This document shows, in pieces, positions 1 to 9,222 of a stretch of 64,000 nucleotides of DNA; the stretch's first letter is position 1, and every line of letters starts with the position of its first letter. The translations under genes and the position numbers were made by a program. The DNA lies in the sequence record OL964745.1; one strand, 5' to 3'. Below the pieces are notes generated by a model that worked only from the letters and a program-made list of their open reading frames with translations, did not search any database and had not been told where the DNA came from. Source of the stretch: Escherichia phage T4.

Positions 1-204
1 TTAATTCATATTACGCTTAATAACTTCAGCAACTTCTAGTAGTTCATCTTTAGTTGCGGTGTCGGATTGAATTTTATCTCTAATATCTTTAAAGCGGGTT
101 TTAAATTCTTCGGCTTCTCCCATATCGAAAAAGCGTTGAATGATTCTATATTCTCGATGAACTGCTTTATCAAAAAGTTCTAAATTTACTTTATATGATT
201 TCAT
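1..204 (-). CDS. rIIA.1: small early protein, rIIA.1-like (67 aa)
   Basis: Complete minus-strand ORF immediately downstream of gene 60; position matches T4 order. No functional motif recognised. Confidence 0.45.
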   Translation of the reverse strand: MKSYKVNLELFDKAVHREYRIIQRFFDMGEAEEFKTRFKDIRDKIQSDTATKDELLEVAEVIKRNMN

Positions 205-228
205 TTCAATATCCTCATTTGCCCAATT

Positions 229-259
229 AATTATACCACATCCTTGTGGTAAAGTAAAC
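229..259 (-). promoter_or_regulatory. sigma70-type T4 early promoter
   Basis: Minus strand reads GTTTAC (rc of 254-259), spacer, TGGTATAAT (rc of 230-238), upstream of the 1..204 ORF. Confidence 0.5.
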
Positions 260-791
260 TACTGGCTCATCCATTCTTTACGAAGGTCAGCATTATCTCC
301 CATGAGCATTTCAAAAAGCTCTTTCCAGTTCTCAGGAAGTTTAACAACATCATATACTGGGTTTTGAATCATCTCACGATATTCAGATTTTTCCAAAGAG
401 CCAAGTCCCTTAATATAACGGATGCTATGTTTAGGTAGAGCATCTTTGGCACTCTCATATTCAGCGACTGTATAAAACCATTCTTGTTTTTTACCGACCT
501 GAGCGATGATTACAGGAGTTTTGACAAAGCGAATTCGTCCTTGCTCAAACAATTCTGGCCAATTACTAAAAAATCCGAGCAGAGAAGGATAAATAGAACC
601 TAATCCAATAATCTCTTAATTATGAGGTATTTCTATAGATAGCCCGAAGGCTATCCATCGTGATCTGCGTCTGTCATAATAGCGACATTCGCATAGTTCA
701 TTGAAGAGGATTTAATAGAACGACGAACATTGTTCTGCAATTTATATTTTTTCATATCAACGCTAGAAGAATCAATTTTTACAAATTTCAT
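259..791 (-). CDS. 60: DNA topoisomerase II medium subunit gp60; two coding segments (654..791 and 259..603) joined by ribosomal bypass
   Basis: N-terminal 46 codons MKFVKIDSS...MTDADHDG end at GGA followed by UAG; coding resumes LGSIYPSLLGFFSNWPELFEQGRIRFVKTP...KGLGSLEKSEY. 46+114 = 160 codons. Confidence 0.92.
604..656 (-). promoter_or_regulatory. gene 60 translational bypass (hop) element
   Basis: Minus strand: take-off GGA (654-656), UAG (651-653), hairpin CCUUCGGG..., 47-nt gap, landing GGA (604-606), resume codon UUA (601-603). Confidence 0.88.
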
Positions 792-1590
792 TATACACCT
801 CATAGAACTTTTCATCAGGAATCCAACCGCGTTTAAATTCATTAAATGCTCGGCCGAATAATTTTGAATTCACAGTTATATTATTAACTGATTTCCATTT
901 AGCAACTCCCGTTCGTTTATAATGATCGGGGTCATATTTCGTGACGTACCATTCATATAAATTTGGTATTAATTTTACAGCCTCTGGATTTGTCGCTGAT
1001 TTATTATACCATGGTTTCGCTTTTTCAAGTTCAGCTGCTTTTGCAGTAGCAGCAACAGTATTTCCAATACCAACTAATTTTTCAGTTTTAATGCGTGGAT
1101 CATTAACATGAAGACGAAAAACTTCGCCCTTTTCATTTTTAAAGCATGTCATGCCTTTAATTCCAGGAAGCTTAACACCTTTATTAACACCGCACCATTC
1201 CTTTGGGTTAAATGATCCTTTAATTAATAAGGCGCATTTACCCGATTTAATACTTCTCATTAAAACTTTATCTTTCATAAAGTTTTTTGACCATTCAGAT
1301 ACTGCTCTTTGATGGTAAATTCTAGCAATTTCATATAATTTACTAGAACGTAAATATTTTTCAGTGTTTAACATTCTATTCATCGCATATGCCATTTCAC
1401 GATTACGATGAATTTTATATAGTAGAAAATGTGCTAAAAAGTGTTCACGAAAAGTCAGTTTCACCAAATTTTCTTTATCATCAGAACCTCCCATTGATCT
1501 TGGAAGGATATGATGAATTTCACCCTTAAATTTAGAAACGCGGGTTTTACCCCGCACTATTAAGTCATTATAGATTTTTTCGTAATTCAC
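772..1590 (-). CDS. mobA: HNH homing endonuclease, MobA-like, inserted between genes 39 and 60
   Basis: HNH motif EIHHILPRSMGGSDDKENLVKLTFREHFLAH; lies between the two topoisomerase genes. True start may be downstream of the first in-frame start. Confidence 0.7.
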   Translation of the reverse strand: MNYEKIYNDLIVRGKTRVSKFKGEIHHILPRSMGGSDDKENLVKLTFREHFLAHFLLYKIHRNREMAYAMNRMLNTEKYLRSSKLYEIARIYHQRAVSEWSKNFMKDKVLMRSIKSGKCALLIKGSFNPKEWCGVNKGVKLPGIKGMTCFKNEKGEVFRLHVNDPRIKTEKLVGIGNTVAATAKAAELEKAKPWYNKSATNPEAVKLIPNLYEWYVTKYDPDHYKRTGVAKWKSVNNITVNSKLFGRAFNEFKRGWIPDEKFYEVYNEICKN

Positions 1591-3121
1591 CTACTGTTAT
1601 CCATTTACCATTAATCTGTACTTCATCATTTTCATTTACGATAATTGTATCGCCATTTAGCTCGAAAGTAAACCACTCGCCATCTTCTTTTTCTTCAAAC
1701 GCTTTTTCACCGAGAACTAGACCAGTGATTGCGCAAATATCAAATAGTTCTTTGTTTTTAAGCATATCTGCATAAGACATACCCCAACTGTTGAGAACTT
1801 TACCACGCAATGGATAACCACCGTGAAGTTCTTTATCACGAACATCAATAAGATATCCGATAGCCGAATCACCCTCAGTCAAGAAAAGAGTAGTATCAGC
1901 ATCTTTACCGCAAAGATTCGCTTTGATATGTTTATGAACCTTAGCTTTAGAAGCCTTTTTAGCTGCTTTAGTTTCTGCTGCTTTTTCTGCCGCCAATTTA
2001 CGAGCCAAAGCAGCTTCAATAATCGGCATTAGAATTGCTTCATTATTTAGAATAGCACGTGAAATCTTTTTAGCATCAAGTTGAATATGACTACGAATTT
2101 CGCCAAATGGAGAAGTCAAACGCTCTTTAGTTTGAGAATCAAATCGCATGTTTTTCATATCACGAACAAACATAACGATAGTCAAACATTCTTTGACACG
2201 TGCTTTAGTCACATCAATTTTGAACTTACGTTTGATTTGTGGAATAAGGTCTTCACAAATATCATCCATAGCGCAGTCAATGTGATGGCCACCATTCTTA
2301 GTATGAATGTTATTGACGTATGTTAATTGACGAAAACCATCCGGTGAACGACCAACCGCAATAGAACAATTTTCTTGCTCTTGAACAATAGCATGTTCAT
2401 CATACTGCCGTGCATATTTCTTAAAATTGCCCTGAACCTTTTTACCATTAAAGGTAAATTGAATATCAGGATAAACTACAGCAAGTGTCTGGAGACGATC
2501 CAGTGTAATGTCAAGATAAACTTGGGACAGCTCATTAGTTTCAAATGACATAAAATCAGGAATGAAAGTAACACGAGTTCCTTTCCATTTTCCAGGAATA
2601 TCTTCCCATGATTTATTTTCCATGCCATTTGAACAACGAACTACAATATTATTTTGACCGTCGCCAGTTTCACCGACAAACATCACAGAAAAAATGTTTG
2701 TCAAACTAGAACCAACACCGTTCATACCGCCGGTGACGCGTTCTTTATCATCACCAAAGTTACCACCTGCTTTTGGAATAGTCCATGCGGCAACAGGACC
2801 AGGAATTTCTTCACCGGTAGGTGTTTTAACCATCGCTTGTGGAATACCGCGACCGTTATCTTCAACTGTTACTTGATTGTTTTTAATAGTAACATTAATT
2901 TTATTCGCGAATTTAAACTTAGTACGAATACCTTCATCTACTGAGTTATCGATAATTTCATCAATAAGCTTAACAAGACCAGGTACATACTGAACACTTT
3001 CCCATTTACCAAACATAAAGCGCTCATGCGTTTCATTAGCAGAAGAGCCAATGTACATGCCACTACGCTTTTTGATATGTTCAATATCGCTCAGAATTTT
3101 AATTTCATTCTTAATCATCAC
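1568..3121 (-). CDS. 39: DNA topoisomerase II large subunit gp39 (GyrB-like ATPase)
   Basis: 517-aa ORF with GHKL ATPase signatures (IIDNSVDEG, GRGIP, GxxGxG-like loop). Confidence 0.92.
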   Translation of the reverse strand: MMIKNEIKILSDIEHIKKRSGMYIGSSANETHERFMFGKWESVQYVPGLVKLIDEIIDNSVDEGIRTKFKFANKINVTIKNNQVTVEDNGRGIPQAMVKTPTGEEIPGPVAAWTIPKAGGNFGDDKERVTGGMNGVGSSLTNIFSVMFVGETGDGQNNIVVRCSNGMENKSWEDIPGKWKGTRVTFIPDFMSFETNELSQVYLDITLDRLQTLAVVYPDIQFTFNGKKVQGNFKKYARQYDEHAIVQEQENCSIAVGRSPDGFRQLTYVNNIHTKNGGHHIDCAMDDICEDLIPQIKRKFKIDVTKARVKECLTIVMFVRDMKNMRFDSQTKERLTSPFGEIRSHIQLDAKKISRAILNNEAILMPIIEAALARKLAAEKAAETKAAKKASKAKVHKHIKANLCGKDADTTLFLTEGDSAIGYLIDVRDKELHGGYPLRGKVLNSWGMSYADMLKNKELFDICAITGLVLGEKAFEEKEDGEWFTFELNGDTIIVNENDEVQINGKWITVGELRKNL

Positions 3122-3165
3122 TTATCCTCGTTTGGTTTCGGGAATATTATACTCCGGTAATCATA

Positions 3166-3191
3166 AAGCTAAAGGCCCGAAGGCCTTTTAT
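3166..3191 (-). terminator. UUCG-tetraloop hairpin
   Basis: Plus aaaggcccgaaggccttttattt; minus-strand RNA AAAGGCC-UUCG-GGCCUUU followed by a U-containing tract. Confidence 0.45.
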
Positions 3192-3446
3192 TTAAAACGA
3201 ATAGTTGAATCCTTAAAGAACAGCCCAGAACATACTGTTCCTTCTACTTTCTGCCCGGTAGGTCCAATAGCACGAAATCCAGTATGCTGGAAATCATTTT
3301 CAGAGCAACCGAACCAATTATATCCAGTGATTTCAATATTAGTAAAACCACTTGAAGACAAAACTTTGGTTGCATTATCAGCATCAGTACATCCTATTAA
3401 AGACACTGCTAATACTAATGCTGCAATAGAACGATTAATATTTCAT
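3188..3446 (-). pseudogene. small lipoprotein gene with frameshift between start codon and signal peptide
   Basis: ATG AAA TAT TAA at 3446 is out of frame with the downstream signal peptide and lipobox (..SIAALVLAVSLIGC TDAD..); restoring 2 nt (TATT to TATATT) gives one ORF. Confidence 0.4.
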
Positions 3447-3454
3447 AATTACCC

Positions 3455-3625
3455 TTTAAGCAAGTCGTAAAATCCACCATTCACATGCTTAGGAGCGGAA
3501 ACTAACCGAACAGCCAGCCGATGACAATCAGGACATACATCAGTATCTCTTTCAGAAATTTTCTTGATTTTTTCGTATTCTTTTGCACAGTCTTTGGATT
3601 GACATTTATAATCATAAAGCGGCAT
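3455..3625 (-). CDS. small zinc-ribbon protein (about 56 aa)
   Basis: Hand translation MPLYDYKCQSKDCAKEYEKIKKISERDTDVCPDCHRLAVRL...; two CxxC pairs; below the ORF-track size cut-off. Confidence 0.45.
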
Positions 3626-3627
3626 AA

Positions 3628-4053
3628 TTATTCCTTAAAGTAAGCTTTCAACATCTGATATAAAGACCACGCCTGATCATTATTTTCAATAGTAACTTTC
3701 ATGACTGGGAATTCTGTGAAATCTTCTATTTGTTCTTGCTCTTTCTCTTCCTGCTCTTGCTCTTCAACCGCCTGATATGGATTTTCCACTTCATCAAAGA
3801 ACCCAGCTTCGTTAGTAGAGAGCCAGATAAAGTTTTCGTCAAGGATATCACCGCCGGCACAACGTTTGAGTACACCTATGGATGTCATAATTTTAGTAGG
3901 ACGCCCAAGATAATCAGCATCTAAAATTTTAAAAGGCTCCATACCTAAACGTCGTGCATAGATTCCGTTATCAGTATGGTCTTTAATAAAATTTTCTTGA
4001 GCTTGTTTATTTTTAAATTGATACCATTTATTAACTTCAAATTTAATAGCCAT
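3628..4053 (-). CDS. hypothetical early protein (141 aa, acidic C-terminal region)
   Basis: ORF track; tight packing with neighbours on the coding strand. Confidence 0.45.
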
Positions 4054-4268
4054 TAATAAATTTCCTTCCAGTAAGTTGTGCCGTCTTCAGTAATTTCACG
4101 AAATACACCATAAATTGGCTGTTTATCACCGACTTTCTCATACACATAAACAGAAGTCAAGTGAGTAAACTTGCTAGTATGTTCCTTTTGAACTACTACC
4201 AAATTTGGATCAAATAATACATCTTCAAATTCATCATTAGTGCAATTCTGAACAATTTTACGTTTCAT
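4053..4268 (-). CDS. hypothetical early protein (71 aa)
   Basis: ORF track; start overlaps upstream stop in T4 style. Confidence 0.4.
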
Positions 4269-4436
4269 TACAATTTCCTCATTAATTGAACAGTGGAGCG
4301 ATACGTTTCAGAAGAGTATCAACACCTTTAGCGAATTTTCCATTTTATTCTCCAAGTTGTTTTCTGTATCAGTAGTTGATATTGATATAGTACCATAATC
4401 AACTACTGATGTATAGTTTTATGAAAAATTTAAACT

Positions 4437-4922
4437 TTATGCATAGAGAGCATTGCTATAGTGTTTAATCCAACTTTCAGGAATGACTTTGTATGTTCCT
4501 AAAAATACCACGTTGTACAACTTAACACCATCTTCTACCCATTGATCGGTAATGTATCCACACATAGCGCGAGTATAAACAACCCTTCCATCATCTTTAA
4601 TAAAGTTAAATTCACAAGGAGCAATGAACTTGATAGCCTGACCGAGTTTCCACTTAAAGTCTACACCTACATGCGAAGTATCAATCGTTTCAATTCCTTT
4701 AGCAGGAACAGCTTTTAAAAACGCAGACTCAAGAAATTTCGCACGAACATAGCCAAACTGGGGTTTAGACTTTCCATCTTTAGGAATGATACGCACTTTT
4801 ACTTCAGAATCTTCATCTTTAACACCATGCTTAAGCTGAATGCTTACAACTTCGACCAATTTTCCTGCTGCTTTAGAACGGGATTTATCAGATACACGAG
4901 CTAATTCACCAATATTAATCAT
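4437..4922 (-). CDS. motB: MotB-like early protein
   Basis: 161-aa ORF at the T4 motB position; shares a C-terminal domain with the next ORF. Confidence 0.5.
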   Translation of the reverse strand: MINIGELARVSDKSRSKAAGKLVEVVSIQLKHGVKDEDSEVKVRIIPKDGKSKPQFGYVRAKFLESAFLKAVPAKGIETIDTSHVGVDFKWKLGQAIKFIAPCEFNFIKDDGRVVYTRAMCGYITDQWVEDGVKLYNVVFLGTYKVIPESWIKHYSNALYA

Positions 4923-4998
4923 AGTTATCTCTCACTTGTTAAAAAGATTTTATACTCCACGGGACCATTATACTCTGGTCCCAAGAGTTTGTAAACTA

Positions 4999-5430
4999 TT
5001 AATTCAAAATAGCTACCACTGCACTACGAGGAACTACGGAGTACTCTCCAGCATGAACTACGTTCAGAAGTTCAACGCCATCTTCAATCCATTGGTCAGT
5101 TACCCAACCACCAATCGGATTCGCAAATGGACGACGAATGTAAACTGCCTTACACAACAAATCAGTCGGGTCTTCAGGTTTTTCAATTTCTGTCAATAGA
5201 TTAAAATCTTCTTCATAGATGATGAATGATGATACCCTTCCATAATAGTTTCTAATTTCCATGTACACTGTACCAATGAGAATTCCACTATTAACACTAA
5301 TGACAGTAAAAGGATATCCGCCAGTTGTACCAAGAAGTTCCCAAAATTTGCTATCAGTCGTATTCGACATTGTCTGAAAATCAATTTCAGATGGTTTTTT
5401 CATTTGATACGCAGTATTAATTTTAATCAT
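4999..5430 (-). CDS. MotB paralogue (143 aa)
   Basis: C-terminal GGWVTDQWIEDGVELLNVV resembles ITDQWVEDGVKLYNVV of the preceding ORF. Confidence 0.45.
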   Translation of the reverse strand: MIKINTAYQMKKPSEIDFQTMSNTTDSKFWELLGTTGGYPFTVISVNSGILIGTVYMEIRNYYGRVSSFIIYEEDFNLLTEIEKPEDPTDLLCKAVYIRRPFANPIGGWVTDQWIEDGVELLNVVHAGEYSVVPRSAVVAILN

Positions 5431-5543
5431 AATTTTCTCTTTAGTTTAAGGTAATAAAGCCTTTTAGTTCGGCATAGGATTTTATTATCCTCAGTAGCTA
5501 TGGTGTTATAGTACCACAACTAACCGAGGAAGTAAACAACTTT

Positions 5544-6227
5544 TTATCGTTTTGTTGGAAGAGATAGAGGATCGCATTCTTCCTCTGATGGAGCATCTTC
5601 AAGACCCATAGCATATCGCAAAGCATACTTCATCATCAGGATGTCTTTCGCACAGTCATGAATAGAATCATGTGCAACGAATCCATCTAAAGTTCCCTTT
5701 GGAAGAGGACACGTTGTCATATCACGAACAAGCAGAAGTGCTTCAATTCTAGTACGAATATCACGCTGATTCCAAAATTTACAAGGTTCTAACTTAAATG
5801 TATCAAGCTCATTCTCGGAAACGCCGTTAAGACGTTGAATATCGCGAATAAGATCGACTAAAATTGGAAAATCAAACGACATTCCACGGCACCAGCCTTG
5901 AGATTTCCAAGGATCGATATTATGTGCATTGATGTAATCATTAAATTTTGCAATACCGTCGATAGTGCTTACATCTTCATCGGATGGTGCAATATTTTTT
6001 CGAGCTTCAGGAGATTGATTCTTCCACCATTCGATAGTACTTTTAGTAAAAAGACGGTGTCCTTTTTGGCTTTTTAAATCAAATTTGATTTTAATGCCAC
6101 GTGAAACTAATTCATCGAATGTTTCAACTACTTCTGGATTAGGGTCAAAAGCAATTACAGCCAAATCAATAACCGCTGCTTTTTCACCACTTCCCATTGT
6201 TTCAAAATCTATAATAAAATCAAACAT
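5544..6227 (-). CDS. dexA: exonuclease A (DexA), DnaQ-like 3'-5' exonuclease
   Basis: 227-aa ORF with DEDD-type motifs (FDFETMG, HDSIHDCAKD). Confidence 0.85.
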   Translation of the reverse strand: MFDFIIDFETMGSGEKAAVIDLAVIAFDPNPEVVETFDELVSRGIKIKFDLKSQKGHRLFTKSTIEWWKNQSPEARKNIAPSDEDVSTIDGIAKFNDYINAHNIDPWKSQGWCRGMSFDFPILVDLIRDIQRLNGVSENELDTFKLEPCKFWNQRDIRTRIEALLLVRDMTTCPLPKGTLDGFVAHDSIHDCAKDILMMKYALRYAMGLEDAPSEEECDPLSLPTKR

Positions 6228-6424
6228 TAAATTTTCCTCGCTAAATCACGAATTTGACCTACAGTATAGTCTTGAATATAAACTTTATTAATAGGCTCAT
6301 CAATAAATTTTGCCATAGATTCAATATCTTTTTGTATTTCTTCAAGACTGTATACTCTTTGAAGCTTTTTCGCGAATAGTGATATTTTCAGGACCCGGAT
6401 TTTCTTGAATGACAACTTTAACAT
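6227..6424 (-). CDS. hypothetical protein (65 aa)
   Basis: ORF track; position of T4 dexA.1. Confidence 0.4.
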   Translation of the reverse strand: MLKLSFKKIRVLKISLFAKKLQRVYSLEEIQKDIESMAKFIDEPINKVYIQDYTVGQIRDLARKI

Positions 6425-6459
6425 TTGTCATAAGAGATTTAAACTGGTACCAACTTAAT

Positions 6460-6720
6460 TCAATCATTAATAATCGCCTCATAAAGATAGCTAATTTCGC
6501 CTAAAACATAATCATTGATTGTAACAGTTTTAACTTCACCGCAAAAGAATTCTAACGCAATTAAATCTCGTTCAATTTCTTCTAATTGAAGCATCAACTT
6601 ACTAGATTCAATTTTTACAGTTTCACGATTTTTGCTATAAGCTATTTCATAAATTTCGCTTACTTTATCTTGAAGAAGATAAAACTGATCTTTAGTTATT
6701 TCCACGAATAGCTTCCTCAA
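6460..6720 (-). CDS. hypothetical protein (86 aa)
   Basis: ORF track; position of T4 dexA.2. Confidence 0.4.
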   Translation of the reverse strand: MRKLFVEITKDQFYLLQDKVSEIYEIAYSKNRETVKIESSKLMLQLEEIERDLIALEFFCGEVKTVTINDYVLGEISYLYEAIIND

Positions 6721-6726
6721 ATTTAA

Positions 6727-8046
6727 TCATACATAAAACACATCATAACGACCACGGGTGACACCAACATAAAGAAGTTGTTGAGCTAATTCAGCATCTG
6801 CATAATGAATACAAGGCGTATAAATGAAAGCACGGTCTACAGACATACCCTGCGCTTTATGGAATGTTGATGCAGGAAGTGCTTTCACTTTACTAAACTG
6901 TGATTTAGCATCCCAAAAATCACTCCACGGAGCTTTTCCGCCTTTGTTCCAATTTTTATAAGTTTCTGCTGTTTTACCTAAAAATAGGTTAAACTTATAC
7001 AATTCTTCGTCAGATGAAATTATTTTAATCTTTTCACGATAATATTCATCATCGCCATAAGTTTCTACTGTTAAATCCCAATGACGAATTAGATATTCTC
7101 CAGGAACACCACGGGCTTTAACAAACGTTGATGTATACTCTGCTTCTATAATACGAACTAATTGTCCGTTATTAAAAATAATTTCTGACACAGGCTTTCC
7201 ATCAATTTTATATGTTTTAATTAATGGTTCCTGCATTACAATAATTTCACCGACAATAAAATCTTTATCAGTTTCAAAAATCTTTTTACGAATAATGCTA
7301 TTTAACTTGTCAACAGATTTATTCGTAAATGCCATTACGCGATTTTCAAACAAATCATCTAGTGATTTGACGATTGAAAAATAATTTACCATAAAATCGC
7401 GTAAAGCGGTATCACCAGTAAATCCACGTACTCCATGCCCGTCAACAACTTTATCATAAATCCACTTACCGTTGCGAACGTCAGTAGCTACATCAATAAT
7501 AGGAGCATTACTGCGTTTAACTTCAGTGAGTTCACACTGATAAAAATCTTTATGTGTAAAGAATGGACTGATATAAGCAGTATTTTCTCCTGGGTCAACA
7601 GGTCTGATTTGCTTATTATCCCCTATTCCAATTATAGTACACCAAGGTGGAATAGTTGAAAGCAGAATTTTAAATAGCTTTCTATCATACATTGACACTT
7701 CGTCGCAGATTAATACTCTGCATTTGGCTAAATCAGGTACTTCTTTTTGTTCAAAAAGAACATTTTCTTCATATGTTACTGGGTTAATTTTAAGAATACT
7801 ATGAATAGTACTCGCTTCTTTCCCTGATAGTTTTGAAAGAATCTTTTTAGCTGCATGTGTAGGAGCTGCTAAAATAATACCAGTTTCACCCGTAGATATT
7901 AAAGCTTCAATGATGAACTTAGTAAGAGTAGTCTTACCGGTACCAGCAGGTCCATTAATAGTTACATGATGTTTCTTTTCTTTAATAGCCTTCATAACAA
8001 TGTTAAAGGCATTTTTCTGGCCTTCGGTCAAATCATCAAATGTCAT
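6727..8046 (-). CDS. dda: Dda DNA helicase (SF1B)
   Basis: 439-aa ORF; Walker A GPAGTGKT, Walker B LICDEVSM; N-terminus MTFDDLTEGQKNAFNIV as recalled for T4 Dda. Confidence 0.95.
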   Translation of the reverse strand: MTFDDLTEGQKNAFNIVMKAIKEKKHHVTINGPAGTGKTTLTKFIIEALISTGETGIILAAPTHAAKKILSKLSGKEASTIHSILKINPVTYEENVLFEQKEVPDLAKCRVLICDEVSMYDRKLFKILLSTIPPWCTIIGIGDNKQIRPVDPGENTAYISPFFTHKDFYQCELTEVKRSNAPIIDVATDVRNGKWIYDKVVDGHGVRGFTGDTALRDFMVNYFSIVKSLDDLFENRVMAFTNKSVDKLNSIIRKKIFETDKDFIVGEIIVMQEPLIKTYKIDGKPVSEIIFNNGQLVRIIEAEYTSTFVKARGVPGEYLIRHWDLTVETYGDDEYYREKIKIISSDEELYKFNLFLGKTAETYKNWNKGGKAPWSDFWDAKSQFSKVKALPASTFHKAQGMSVDRAFIYTPCIHYADAELAQQLLYVGVTRGRYDVFYV

Positions 8047-8354
8047 CGTAAATTCCCTGCAATTGGTATACTAACAATACGCCCAGTATCTAAAATTCGC
8101 TGATATAATCTTTGCGTGTCTACGTCAGGCTTAACATGTTTAACTTCTATTTTATTAAACCAAAATTTACGTGGAGTCTCAACTAATCTTGGAATTCCCT
8201 TACCTAAAGCTAATCGATACTGCTCTTTAAGAGTGGTAAATACTTTATCAGCAATCTTCCATTCAAAAAATACAGCAGGACGATGTTCATCAAGCGGAAC
8301 TGGCGCTGTAAATCCGTCTTTGTCTCGGTAAACTATCGCATATACATAAACCAT
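8043..8354 (-). CDS. hypothetical protein (103 aa)
   Basis: ORF track; position of T4 dda.1. Confidence 0.45.
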   Translation of the reverse strand: MVYVYAIVYRDKDGFTAPVPLDEHRPAVFFEWKIADKVFTTLKEQYRLALGKGIPRLVETPRKFWFNKIEVKHVKPDVDTQRLYQRILDTGRIVSIPIAGNLR

Positions 8355-8467
8355 ATTATCCTCGGATAAGTTTAAAAATTGAACAATTTAGCGGATATCC
8401 TCTTTTCAGTTTAAGTTTATCAATAAAAGACAAATTTTGATACCGCTCTACACCTTGAATAATTTTA

Positions 8468-9100
8468 TCACACATCATATTGCATTTCTGCTTCTGACAA
8501 CTTTTTCACAATTTTCCAATCCGAGCCTTTAAGAAGAACGTTCAATTTAACAACTTCAGCGCCTTCTGCTATGCGAGAACCATCAATACGTGCTTTAAGT
8601 GCTATAATTCTCAGCTTAATGTCAGAGGTCTGTTTTGATTTAGAAAGCTGAGAAATGTGTTCAATTCGATTTTCACGTTTTTTCTGTATAGCTTTAATTT
8701 GATTATAAGTCTTTTTGATTTTAGCCCATTTCTTTTCATCTAAATTTAGTTTATGAACTTTTTTCGCAGATGAACGACCAATTCGCAAAGCAAATAAATC
8801 ACGCTTTTCAATCAACTCTTCTAAAGTATAATCAGAACGAAATGTATTATACTTTTTCTTTACTGCAATAACATTCCCTTTAATGTATCCAACGTTATTA
8901 TCAAAACGTTCTAATGATAATTTCTCTCCTTCAATACGATTATCAAAAGGTTCTCCCGAGTAAGCACAAACTTTTTGATCTAAAATGTTCTTAATGTAAT
9001 TGAAGTCTAAGTTAAAATCTTTAGAACGTCTTTTTGCAGATGCCTGAGTATGCTCTAAACGACGTTTAATTTTACGAATTTGGTTATTAGACAGCTTCAT
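8468..9100 (-). CDS. srd: basic early protein, Srd-like (210 aa)
   Basis: Lys/Arg-rich ORF between dda and modA; name by position only. Confidence 0.4.
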   Translation of the reverse strand: MKLSNNQIRKIKRRLEHTQASAKRRSKDFNLDFNYIKNILDQKVCAYSGEPFDNRIEGEKLSLERFDNNVGYIKGNVIAVKKKYNTFRSDYTLEELIEKRDLFALRIGRSSAKKVHKLNLDEKKWAKIKKTYNQIKAIQKKRENRIEHISQLSKSKQTSDIKLRIIALKARIDGSRIAEGAEVVKLNVLLKGSDWKIVKKLSEAEMQYDV

Positions 9101-9222
9101 ATTTTTCTCACATCTTACGGACGGTTAACTACTTATACTATAACATTTTTACTTTAACTTGTAAACAACTTTATGAAAAATGCTTTAAAACTTTCATGGT
9201 ATAATGAATCTAAGTCCTTCCA

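Noticed and set aside
1823-2944. Several plus-strand ORFs (1823..2032, 2081..2326, 2654..2944, 2694..2876) inside gene 39
   Set aside because: Antisense shadows of a well-supported 517-aa topoisomerase ORF.
3051-3470. 139-aa plus-strand ORF
   Set aside because: Antisense to minus-strand genes, low-complexity composition, and it spans a terminator hairpin; in a region where all supported genes are on the minus strand.
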